Shown one piece after another: positions 9,199 to 18,493 of a stretch of DNA of 64,000 nucleotides (the first letter of the stretch is position 1; every line of letters begins with the position of its first letter). The translations under genes and the position numbers were made by a program. Location of the stretch: the NCBI GenBank assembly GCA_030603365.1, contig JAUVXV010000011.1, positions 64,001 to 128,000 on the forward strand. Reading direction: 5' to 3'. The DNA comes from Candidatus Heimdallarchaeota archaeon. GTDB taxonomy: Archaea > Asgardarchaeota > Heimdallarchaeia > Heimdallarchaeales > Heimdallarchaeaceae. Under the pieces are notes generated by a model. The model made no database searches. It saw nothing but the letters and a program-made list of their open reading frames with translations, and was not told the DNA's origin.

Positions 9199-11052
9199 TT
9201 GATAACTATGAAGAGAACAAAAATAGTTAGCATTTTTATATTCTGTACACTTATCTTACCACCAAGTATGGTAAATGTTCAGAGTTCTGAAATAGTAGAA
9301 GTTTTTTCTTTAAGCCTTTTAAGTCCAAATACAAGTGCAGCCAGAAATCAATGGGCCTCACTGATGGAAAATCAATTACCAAAAATTGGTATTGGTGTAA
9401 ACTTCCATGAATCTACAGGATGGGGAAACATTGGTCCTCGTACCTGGTATTATCCATTGATTGACTTCGATTACATCCCAACTTACCCAGAAGGAGGATA
9501 CGATATTCTCTTTGTCGGTTGGTCTTGGGGACTTGATTGGGATCCAACTGGTCTATTTGACTCAGCAAGTTTAATACCTTTTGGTGATAACTTCTACCAA
9601 TACATCAACCCAGTGTATGACGCATTATTAACAAACTATCTAACTGAATTAGACCAAGTAACACAGATAATGTATGCTCAACAGATGCAAGCAATACTTT
9701 ACGAGGATTTACCAGACATTGTCCTTATCTATCCAAAATCACTCTTTGGTATGAAAGAAGGATTAACTGGTATTGACGGACTCTTGTTAGGTGCAGGTAG
9801 TGCTCGATATGAATTCTGGGATGACCCAGCAGATCACATCATCAAATACGCTATTCCAGCAAATCTTGCAGAATGGAATGTATTTATCCAAGCATCCTTC
9901 TATGATGGTTTATGGATGGATGGAGTCTATGGTGCATTATTCCAAAGAGCACAATACTCTAATGTATGGGAACCACAGATTGCAGCAGCTCTACCTGTTT
10001 TCAGTCCAGATCTAAAGAGTATGACTGTTGATATTGACCCTAATGCCAAATTTAGCGATGGTAGTGCTGTTCTTGCAGAAGATATAGTATATTCAATGCA
10101 ACTATATATGACTCCAGCTGTAGGTTCAGGCGATTACAGTTACTATAACGCCTGGTTCGCAACAAACGCTTCAGTTTGGGCTGTTGATACAGACACAGTT
10201 GCTTTCAACATGACTGACGTCAATGCTTTTGCATTAGGAACAATCTCATTCTCAATTATCGACAAAAGCACTGTTGAACCATTGATTGGCTCATTTGGAT
10301 ACGACATTTTCAATGAAGTACCATTAACCGGTAATGTAGGTGATGGGTTAGTTATGTCCTGTGGACCTTTTGTTCTAGATTTATTTAATTCTGTAAGCAG
10401 TACTGTCGGACTAATACCTAATACATACTATTCTGATTTAAGTGGTTATTCTGCACCTCTTCTAGATGAATGGTATCTAACCTACATCTCTGGTAAGGAT
10501 ACTGCTGTATCTGAATTGATTTCTGGAACTATAGACATTGTAGATGGACAATACTTCCCACAAATAGCTGATTTCACTCCAGCTGGTGTAGAAGGTATTC
10601 TAGTCAGTGACCCATCTCATCAAGAAATGGCCATGAACTTGAGACATCCCGTCTTTGGTACAGGTGAATTAACACCCGTTGGAACACTTGAAGCTGCTAA
10701 GAATGTTAGAAAAGCCATTAGTCATGCAGTTCCTCGTGATATCATCGTTGACCAAATCCTTGAAGGACTTGGCGCTCCTGGTGTTACTGCTTGTCCAAAC
10801 GTAGCAGTCTCCTTTGATGAATCTCTTGACCCCTATGCATATGATATAGACTTAGCTTTAGACTATATGGAATTAGCAGGTTTCAATCCTAGAGACATAA
10901 CACCTACACCTAGTGAAACAGAAACACCTACTGGAACAGATACAGATGGTACTACGACAAAAACTGGTGATAGTTGGATAATTAGTATAGCTCTACTCAG
11001 TCTAGTTGGATTAACAATAACTCAAATAATTAGAAGAAGAAAAAGAAATTGA
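9199..11052 (+). CDS. ABC transporter substrate-binding protein, family 5, circularly permuted
   Basis: Close paralog of 7190..9103, sharing its upstream and 3' flanking sequence. Confidence 0.9.
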   Translation: MITMKRTKIVSIFIFCTLILPPSMVNVQSSEIVEVFSLSLLSPNTSAARNQWASLMENQLPKIGIGVNFHESTGWGNIGPRTWYYPLIDFDYIPTYPEGGYDILFVGWSWGLDWDPTGLFDSASLIPFGDNFYQYINPVYDALLTNYLTELDQVTQIMYAQQMQAILYEDLPDIVLIYPKSLFGMKEGLTGIDGLLLGAGSARYEFWDDPADHIIKYAIPANLAEWNVFIQASFYDGLWMDGVYGALFQRAQYSNVWEPQIAAALPVFSPDLKSMTVDIDPNAKFSDGSAVLAEDIVYSMQLYMTPAVGSGDYSYYNAWFATNASVWAVDTDTVAFNMTDVNAFALGTISFSIIDKSTVEPLIGSFGYDIFNEVPLTGNVGDGLVMSCGPFVLDLFNSVSSTVGLIPNTYYSDLSGYSAPLLDEWYLTYISGKDTAVSELISGTIDIVDGQYFPQIADFTPAGVEGILVSDPSHQEMAMNLRHPVFGTGELTPVGTLEAAKNVRKAISHAVPRDIIVDQILEGLGAPGVTACPNVAVSFDESLDPYAYDIDLALDYMELAGFNPRDITPTPSETETPTGTDTDGTTTKTGDSWIISIALLSLVGLTITQIIRRRKRN

Positions 11053-11146
11053 TAATCTTTTATCTTCTCACTTTTTTTCCATGATAGAATACTATTTTAA
11101 AGATTAAATTAAAAAAATATAAGAAAGAATAAAGGAATTTTAGTTC

Positions 11147-11311
11147 CTATTCATAAGGTTCAAAATCAGCTTTTTCAGCACCACACTCGGGACAAACCCA
11201 GTCATCAGGCACATCTTCCCAAGCTGTACCTGGAGTAATTCCAGCGTCTGGGTCACCGATTTCAGGGTCATACACATATCCACAAAGGGTACATATCCAT
11301 TTTCCACTCAT
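11147..11311 (-). CDS. Rubredoxin (54 aa; not in the ORF track)
   Basis: Manual translation: [54 protein letters not shown]. It has the canonical CxxCGYxYD and WxCPxCG motifs. Confidence 0.97.
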   Translation of the reverse strand: MSGKWICTLCGYVYDPEIGDPDAGITPGTAWEDVPDDWVCPECGAEKADFEPYE

Positions 11312-11396
11312 TTTTTATCCTCTTTATTGATTTTAGCTAGTGTTTTTTTGATAAGTATATATGTTTTACCCATTTAGCTATCTTATTAGCTATTGT

Positions 11397-11735
11397 TCAA
11401 ACCAATCCAGCTGCAAGGATTTTTTGAAGCTGTTTTACTGTTATTTTATCAGGATCCCAAACCATTTCATTGTTATCCATAAACAGATCGAATAAGTTTC
11501 TAACACATAATATCTTGCCTTTCGAATCCTCTAATACAATTTGATAACTTGTCCAAAACCCACAAACTTGACAGAAAAATTCTGGGTTACTGTTTAGATT
11601 TTTTTTAACATTAAGAAGAAAGTCTGCTAAATCCTCTGTTGATTCAATTTGATAATTCTCAACAACTTCTTGCTTCTGCCCTCCTGCTTGGTTGTCAATG
11701 TAATTATCAAGTTCAACTATCGTTAGTTTCCACAT
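11397..11735 (-). CDS. Hypothetical protein with CxxC
   Basis: 112-aa ORF with FCQVCG and coding-like composition. Confidence 0.6.
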   Translation of the reverse strand: MWKLTIVELDNYIDNQAGGQKQEVVENYQIESTEDLADFLLNVKKNLNSNPEFFCQVCGFWTSYQIVLEDSKGKILCVRNLFDLFMDNNEMVWDPDKITVKQLQKILAAGLV

Positions 11736-11812
11736 ACATTCTCCCTTCTAAGGATAAAATTTCTTTAACTTATTATGAAAAAAATGACTTAAAAACTCGT
11801 GAAATAAGTTGT

Positions 11813-14797
11813 TTATTCAAAATCGAAATCTTCTAAATCTTCTTCTTTTGGTTTGAACTCTTCAATTTGTGGATTAAGTGTTTCTTCTTCACTGTCCAAG
11901 GAGATAGAATCGTCTTCAAGAAGAATATCATTATCATTAGATAGGATTATTTCATTATCATTAACAACTACTTCTTCCTCTTTTTCTTCAACAGTTTCTT
12001 CTTCAACAGTTTCTTCTTCAACAGTATCTTCTTCTTCATCAACTTCGACTTGATCAGGTTCTGGAATAGATTCTAAATCTTCTTCTGTATCATCTGCAAC
12101 TTCTTCTTCCTCCAGTTCTTCCTCTTCTTCATCTTCAGAGGGTTTTGTTGCTGGGATAGGTATAGAGAGTTCCTCAATTGTAGATTCAGATACTAGTTCT
12201 CCTTCCTCTCCAAGAGCCATCTCTTCAGTTTCAATAATGACTTCTTCTGACTGCAAAATCACTTCATCAGAGGATGTATCAATTGGAGTTAATTCTTCTG
12301 TCATGCTTTCAGTTTCATCCATATCCTCTAAATCTTGCTCTATTTCCTTCAATTCCCCGTCCAGTTCTAAAACATCATCAGGGTCTTCTTCAATTGCAAC
12401 ACTCATATCTGCTAAGTCTTCAACTCTAAGTGGTAATTCATGCTCGAAACCAGCCATTTCAACTTCCTCGCCATGCAGTTGAACTTCATCTGCATTAAGG
12501 TCGACTGTTTCTGTTTGAGTTAGTTCAAAAGTCTCATATGAAGTTTTAGCAATTGGAATACCATAAGTTTCGATATAAGCTAATAGATGAGGATCTTTGC
12601 TTTTCAATAGAGTGTCAATTTTCTTCAATTCTGCATCTACTTTTTCAATGATTTGAAGTTCATCCTCTAACTCCTCCAATGCTAGCATTTCTTCTAATTC
12701 TTTCTCTACTCTCTCCAACATTTCACCAAGTTCTTTCAGACTTCTCTCTAAATCTAGTTTTTCTGTCTTTGCTCTTTCTTCAAGTATTCCTTCCTGTAGG
12801 AAATATATATTTGTAACTTTGTCTAAAACTTCTTGGTGTGTTGCCCTTACTCCTAGAGGTTCAATTTTAGGCATTAGTTTACGAAGAGATTCAACATATT
12901 TTCCAAATTGTTTTTTCAGATTGAAAGTGATTTTTTCAGTTATTGCAATAATGAGATATTCTCCTACGTTATCAATAAGAAGATCTCTTCCATGTTGGCT
13001 AACTTCAGTTAAAACTAAGTCCTCTTCCAAAACACTTTGGGAGAAAATATTGATAGCCGCAACTAACATAGGAACTAATGATGCTTCGTCTTTGTATTCG
13101 TGTTTTGTTGTGAAACGATATTTCATGACAGCAGAATCTGCTTCAACTATAGCTACTCCGTACAATTTTGATGCTACAAGTTTGGGTGTTTTTACAAACT
13201 TAAATCCTTGATATTGCTTCACAACTTCAGACATCTTACTAGTCTGCTGGAAACCTTTTTCTTCAAGTATAGAAGCGAATTTTTCGATTTTTTCATCCTT
13301 GCTTATTTCTTTAATTATTGCTTGAGCATCTCTTTGAACTTTAGGATAATTGAATTTTTTTGCTAAATCGTCAGCTTCTGAAAATGCTTCTATTGCCTTT
13401 TTTGTTTTTCCACCATGGATAAGTAACAGTCCTTTTAGTAATTGAATATCACACATTAATTTTGGAATGAATTGTTCCTCAGAAAGATAAGTTAGATTGT
13501 TTAGATAGCTTAAAACAGCTGAATAATCAATTAGTTCATTAGTATTATTGAACTTATCCAGATGTAAACTAGCAAGCTCAAATTGTGCTTTGATAAGAAA
13601 TTCAATATTGTTCATATCGGAAGCAGCTTTATTTGAAATTTCAAATGCTTGAATTGCTTCATCAATTTGATCTCGTTTCTTGAAAAGCATTCCTTCATAG
13701 TAGTAAATACTTGGTTTAACTCTCAATTCTCCTACTTCATCTAATCTTTGTTTACAAAGTAGTATGGATGCTTCTGCGAGTTTGAAATTTGACCTCTCTA
13801 TTGCAATCCAAGTTGATAGAAGGTAAGGTTGGATTAAATTTAATTCATACTTCTCTTCTAACTCTAAAGCTACATCTAGCATTTCTTTGGCTTCTTCATA
13901 ATTTTCAAGTAAAAGACTCAATTCTGCTATATTAGTCGCACTTACAGCTTTTGCTCGTGGATTCTTTGATACAAGTTGATGAATTTGTCTTAAGAGTCTA
14001 ATAGACCTTTCGTAGTCTCCCCTTGCTATTTCAAGCTTTGCAGAATTGTTGAGCAAGCTTGCACGATCAGCTGCTAAACCTGTCTCTTCTGTTGGAATGA
14101 TGGCAGCATTTAGCATTTTCTTTGCTTTTTTAAATTCACCTTTGTTTATGAAAACATTTGTAATTAGATTAAGAGCAACGGATTGAAAATAGGGGTCATT
14201 TTGTTTTACAGCACTCTTAAGAACATTTCTAGCTAATTCCTCAACTTTGCTAAAATTGTTTATTAATAAAAATGCTTGAGCAGCAAGTGTGTAAATTAGA
14301 AAAATATAAAGTTGTCCTTCAAATTGTTCAAGATGTAAGTTAACGTGACTCTCTAATTCTTCTACAGTTGTTAGAGCCATAGGATAATTTTGTTCACCAT
14401 ACAGTAATAGGAATTCTAATCCAGCGGTAATAAAGAGATGTAACGGCATATCTAATGATTCACTATACTTCTGTTGAAATTGTAATTTTAAACTAACAAT
14501 TTTGTTTGTTTGATTTAATCTCGAAAATGCATAAGCTCTATAGAGGAAATATTCAGGACGAGAAAATGCTGAAGTTAAATCTAGAACTGATTTGAAATCA
14601 CGTGTACAAATTGCTATATCTAATGCTAAATCTCGTATCTCTGTTGAAGCTTCGTAATTCACTGCATAATTGATACATTGTTTTGTAAAAATATCTAAAG
14701 CCTTCTTGTCGTTCTCAGGAATAGAATTAATTATGGTAATTATGGGGTCTTGTTCGAATGTTTTCTGGTGACGAACACTGAAAGGAGCAAACATCAT
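11813..14797 (-). CDS. TPR repeats + longin-like domain + coiled coil + acidic disordered tail
   Basis: TPR-like helices over about aa 150-500. Longin-like segment LYGVAIV...SLVPMLVAAINIFSQSVL...EYLIIAI. E/D-rich tail. Confidence 0.75.
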   Translation of the reverse strand: MMFAPFSVRHQKTFEQDPIITIINSIPENDKKALDIFTKQCINYAVNYEASTEIRDLALDIAICTRDFKSVLDLTSAFSRPEYFLYRAYAFSRLNQTNKIVSLKLQFQQKYSESLDMPLHLFITAGLEFLLLYGEQNYPMALTTVEELESHVNLHLEQFEGQLYIFLIYTLAAQAFLLINNFSKVEELARNVLKSAVKQNDPYFQSVALNLITNVFINKGEFKKAKKMLNAAIIPTEETGLAADRASLLNNSAKLEIARGDYERSIRLLRQIHQLVSKNPRAKAVSATNIAELSLLLENYEEAKEMLDVALELEEKYELNLIQPYLLSTWIAIERSNFKLAEASILLCKQRLDEVGELRVKPSIYYYEGMLFKKRDQIDEAIQAFEISNKAASDMNNIEFLIKAQFELASLHLDKFNNTNELIDYSAVLSYLNNLTYLSEEQFIPKLMCDIQLLKGLLLIHGGKTKKAIEAFSEADDLAKKFNYPKVQRDAQAIIKEISKDEKIEKFASILEEKGFQQTSKMSEVVKQYQGFKFVKTPKLVASKLYGVAIVEADSAVMKYRFTTKHEYKDEASLVPMLVAAINIFSQSVLEEDLVLTEVSQHGRDLLIDNVGEYLIIAITEKITFNLKKQFGKYVESLRKLMPKIEPLGVRATHQEVLDKVTNIYFLQEGILEERAKTEKLDLERSLKELGEMLERVEKELEEMLALEELEDELQIIEKVDAELKKIDTLLKSKDPHLLAYIETYGIPIAKTSYETFELTQTETVDLNADEVQLHGEEVEMAGFEHELPLRVEDLADMSVAIEEDPDDVLELDGELKEIEQDLEDMDETESMTEELTPIDTSSDEVILQSEEVIIETEEMALGEEGELVSESTIEELSIPIPATKPSEDEEEEELEEEEVADDTEEDLESIPEPDQVEVDEEEDTVEEETVEEETVEEKEEEVVVNDNEIILSNDNDILLEDDSISLDSEEETLNPQIEEFKPKEEDLEDFDFE
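11984..12028 (-). repeat. Coding 15-nt tandem repeat x3 ([DE]TVEE)
   Basis: On the + strand, ttcttcaacagtttc occurs twice, followed by ttcttcaacagtatc. Confidence 0.85.
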
Positions 14798-14932
14798 TTT
14801 TCCTCTTAGAACTCTAGTAAGTTATGTGTTATATACTTATATAGATAGATGCACTAGTAAATCTAATAGTTTTATACGAAAAAAGAATATTTAAACCTTC
14901 ATTTAGAAACGAGATTAAACAAATAGATATTT

Positions 14933-16273
14933 CTAATAATTTTCACTTTCTGGAAGTGGAGGTTCAGCTTTTTCTATTTCTCTATTTTTCTTCAAAAATC
15001 GTTGCATAATGATAGGAATCATAATTGCTATTGGATAAGCCAGAGTAACAACTGGAAAAGTCCAGGGAAGAATTCTACCAGCTGAATCATAAATAATTCC
15101 TCCTATAGTCGTGCCTAGAGCTCTAGTAAGTCTTCTTCCCGCTGAAACAAAACCCGTTGAAGACCCTCTATATTTAGGAGGTAACCAACTGTAGAAGAAA
15201 GAATTCCAAGCAGGTCTAGACATATTCGCCGATGAGCTGCGAAAAACGAAGAAGACAGAACCCAAGATCAATCCTGGACTCAAAGCCAGTCCAAGTGCTA
15301 ATGCTGGTACAGCAAAATGCAATATTGCAAGAATCTTTTCATTACCTATCTTTTTACTAAGGGGAACAATAGCTAAACTACCAAGAGCTATACCCGCATT
15401 TGAAGCAGCTAATATTATAGCCCATTGCATGTCAGAAGCAGACAGGTCGTCAATAATGTATTTCCGAATGAAAGGAACTGCAATCCCAGACGTAAAACCA
15501 ATTATAGATTCACAGAAAAAGAAAGCTAATAGCTGGAAACCAATTGGTTTTTTACTTTTCTCCTCATATTTCTTCCAATCTTCTCCTTTAGAAATCTTTT
15601 TTGCTTCTTCCTTTGAAGCTTCAGGAACAGGAAATCTAAAAGAAAGAAACATAGTTACAATCAGAAAAATAGCAATAAATAGGATCATGTTCATGTAGGG
15701 ACCTTTATCTGCGATAAGATGAAAATAACTAAATTCCCCTCCTTGAAATGGAGTAAAGACCCCTTGATGAGTCCTATAATTAGCATAAATAGAAAGATAT
15801 ACCCCTCCCAATAATGGTGCAATAACTCCTGCCATATTCCAGAAAAAATGCATAAAGCTAAAGAACCGGGTTTTCTCTTCCTTTGATGGAGTTATATCTG
15901 CCAGTAGAGTAGTTAGAGAAATCTGAGTTAGTGATCTAGACACACCAAATAATGAATAAGCAGCGATCATCCACCCTTTCAAATCAGTAAAACTAGTTGC
16001 GTAAAATAAGAACATGGAAATTCCAGCTGCTCCCAAACCTACAATCATAGTATACTTTCTTTTTCTAACATCTGTTATGTATCCAAGACCAATGATAAGA
16101 CCTGAAGCTAAATATCCAGCTACTGCAAAAATCAATCCATAATAGAAGTCATTCCAATTGAGAAAAATGATGAATAAAGGGATAACATACTGAGTCAACC
16201 TATTGCTCAAACCAATCAAGGTTCTGTAGAATATGATCGAATAGGCTTGCTTATTTTCATCAAGATTGAACAT
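14933..16273 (-). CDS. MFS transporter
   Basis: About 12 TM helices, with GYITDVRKRK (motif A-like) and PPKYRG. Confidence 0.85.
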   Translation of the reverse strand: MFNLDENKQAYSIIFYRTLIGLSNRLTQYVIPLFIIFLNWNDFYYGLIFAVAGYLASGLIIGLGYITDVRKRKYTMIVGLGAAGISMFLFYATSFTDLKGWMIAAYSLFGVSRSLTQISLTTLLADITPSKEEKTRFFSFMHFFWNMAGVIAPLLGGVYLSIYANYRTHQGVFTPFQGGEFSYFHLIADKGPYMNMILFIAIFLIVTMFLSFRFPVPEASKEEAKKISKGEDWKKYEEKSKKPIGFQLLAFFFCESIIGFTSGIAVPFIRKYIIDDLSASDMQWAIILAASNAGIALGSLAIVPLSKKIGNEKILAILHFAVPALALGLALSPGLILGSVFFVFRSSSANMSRPAWNSFFYSWLPPKYRGSSTGFVSAGRRLTRALGTTIGGIIYDSAGRILPWTFPVVTLAYPIAIMIPIIMQRFLKKNREIEKAEPPLPESENY

Positions 16274-16323
16274 AGAATAACCACTGCAGATATTTCCGTT
16301 TAAAAAATATTTTGAAAGTGGCT

Positions 16324-17148
16324 TTATTCATTCTCTAATTTCTCGATTAACTCAACTAGAGGAAGGCTATGTGCTGCGATATTTGTCCCGAGATCGTAGT
16401 ATTTTGAACCTTCAACAGCCTCATGAATTCCACTGGTTATTTCAGCAGCATGAGCTTTGTCTTTTTCAGCTGCTACAAAGATGCAATTTCCTTTCACTTT
16501 ACTTAGTTGTTCATCAGTTATTTTGAATTTTCTTTGGATAAGCATGGTTTTCCTGACACGACGGATATTATAACTATCAAAATATCCCCAGTATTTTTTT
16601 GCTTGTTCCTTTTGGCTTCTATCTAGGTAGATATAACGAATAATGAATTTAGCTATTGGTTTGACGAGTAAGTGCCAAACAGGACGGGTATTAATATAAA
16701 CAAATGGCCAGGTATAACCTGGAACTTCAAGTCTAAGAACAGGTCCAATCATATAAATTGATTTGGGTGACATGAGACCCATACTCATGGCTAGCAAAGT
16801 AAAACCTGCTCCATAACTTGAAGCAATCATCAGATAATCTTTCAACTGTAGGAAGTCGATAACTTCAGCTATATCACGAGCAAATCTTTCAGGTGAAAAA
16901 TCAGGCTTTTTACCTAACTGAGCAGTATGCTTTTCTCTAGTTTCAATAACATAAATTCTATAATTCTTCATCATCTCTAGAAGTACTTTATCCCATGCAC
17001 TTGGTAAACTACCAAAACCAGGTAAGAGAACAAGAGTATCTTTTATTTTACCTTCTGGTTCATAGAAATGAACCTTAAGTAAATCTGTCTCAGTATCACC
17101 TACCTGAACATATTGAGAAGTCGCGTATTGCTCAAATTCGGAACTCAT
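16324..17148 (-). CDS. Alpha/beta hydrolase
   Basis: LVLLPGF oxyanion region, nucleophile elbow ASSYG, and AEKD acid residue. Confidence 0.8.
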   Translation of the reverse strand: MSSEFEQYATSQYVQVGDTETDLLKVHFYEPEGKIKDTLVLLPGFGSLPSAWDKVLLEMMKNYRIYVIETREKHTAQLGKKPDFSPERFARDIAEVIDFLQLKDYLMIASSYGAGFTLLAMSMGLMSPKSIYMIGPVLRLEVPGYTWPFVYINTRPVWHLLVKPIAKFIIRYIYLDRSQKEQAKKYWGYFDSYNIRRVRKTMLIQRKFKITDEQLSKVKGNCIFVAAEKDKAHAAEITSGIHEAVEGSKYYDLGTNIAAHSLPLVELIEKLENE

Positions 17149-17255
17149 ACATTTGTTTTTTATTAGTCTTTTTTAAATTTATACTTATTTTCGAGAAGGG
17201 AAAGGTTATTTATTGTCTTTTGATATGTTCATGAATAGAACAGATCAAGTGAGGA

Positions 17256-18416
17256 TTGCTTGTGTCTTTGAAGAATATTGAACAAACAATACAGTTTTTT
17301 GAAAATAGTAAGAATACAATTCAAGATATATTTGATTCAGGATTTTGCAATTTTTGTGGAGCATGCATACACAGCTGTCCTGTGGATGCGATTGAATATT
17401 TAGATCCTCAAATATTAGTTAAAGAAAACTGCATCCAATGTGGAAGTTGCTTGGAACTATGCTCTCAAAATCAAGAAGTAAGGTATTCCAAACAAATGAT
17501 TAGTATTGAGAAAAATGACCAAATTAAGGATATTCATTCAAAAATTGCCGAAGTTCCTTTAGGTCGTTTCAAAGAAATCTGGAATGGTTTCTCTAGTTCT
17601 AGAAAAACGAGAAATGTAACTATGGTGGGGGGAGTTACAACTAGCCTATTGCATACTGCTTTATCAGAAAATGTAGTTGATGCAGTTCTTATTCCAGAAT
17701 TTACTGAGAAAAAACAAAATCCTAGAGGAAAGTTAATTTCAAATCCAGAAGAATTACTTCAATCAGGAGGAAGCAAATATTTACCTACTCTTTCTCTAGA
17801 TAGACTTGATGAAATTGCGAATAACCAAGATATAGATAGAATAGCAATCACAACATTACCATGTCAAGCATATGTGATTAAGAAAATGTTTCTCGATACT
17901 CAATATGAGAAACTTGTTAAAAAGATTCATCTAGTATTAACATTGTTTTGTGGGAGTGGGATTCCCTATAGAGATGATGTAGAATTCTTTCTGAAAGCCA
18001 AAGGAGTTACAGAAAGTTTATCAGAATTGAAAGTGATTCGAAGAAGAGAAAAAAGGATATGGCGAATTAATCCTCAAGACATTGAAAGATATATCTTTAT
18101 TACAAAGGATGGTAAGGAAGTAAGTATCTCATCTAGTAGAATTCTAAGATGCAAAACTAAATCTAATTGTAGTACAATTTGTCCTGATTATACAGGTTAT
18201 TTTAGTGATGTTTCAATAGGGGCATCTCACATATCTTCAAACATAATTATTGCAAGAACAGAAAAAGGAAGAAAATTAGTTAACTTGGCTATTGAAAAAG
18301 AAATTATCAAAACAAGAAATTTCTCGAAAATTAACAACTTTTTAATTAATTTCATGGGCAAAAATAAAAGGGATCTAAAAAGAAAGTCATATCAAAAATT
18401 TTTCAAAAACAAGTAA
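17256..18416 (+). CDS. Coenzyme F420 hydrogenase/dehydrogenase beta-subunit family (FrhB/FdhB-like) with N-terminal ferredoxin
   Basis: CNFCGACIHSCP and CIQCGSCLELC clusters, plus GGVTT, GSKY, TLPCQ, LFC and CPDY...DVSIG. Confidence 0.85.
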   Translation: MLVSLKNIEQTIQFFENSKNTIQDIFDSGFCNFCGACIHSCPVDAIEYLDPQILVKENCIQCGSCLELCSQNQEVRYSKQMISIEKNDQIKDIHSKIAEVPLGRFKEIWNGFSSSRKTRNVTMVGGVTTSLLHTALSENVVDAVLIPEFTEKKQNPRGKLISNPEELLQSGGSKYLPTLSLDRLDEIANNQDIDRIAITTLPCQAYVIKKMFLDTQYEKLVKKIHLVLTLFCGSGIPYRDDVEFFLKAKGVTESLSELKVIRRREKRIWRINPQDIERYIFITKDGKEVSISSSRILRCKTKSNCSTICPDYTGYFSDVSIGASHISSNIIIARTEKGRKLVNLAIEKEIIKTRNFSKINNFLINFMGKNKRDLKRKSYQKFFKNK

Positions 18417-18493
18417 GTTTAATATAACTCAATACATGTGGAATTACTAGTTTGCTAAATAGAAAAGGACTAAAAAGCTACTATTGATTTTTT

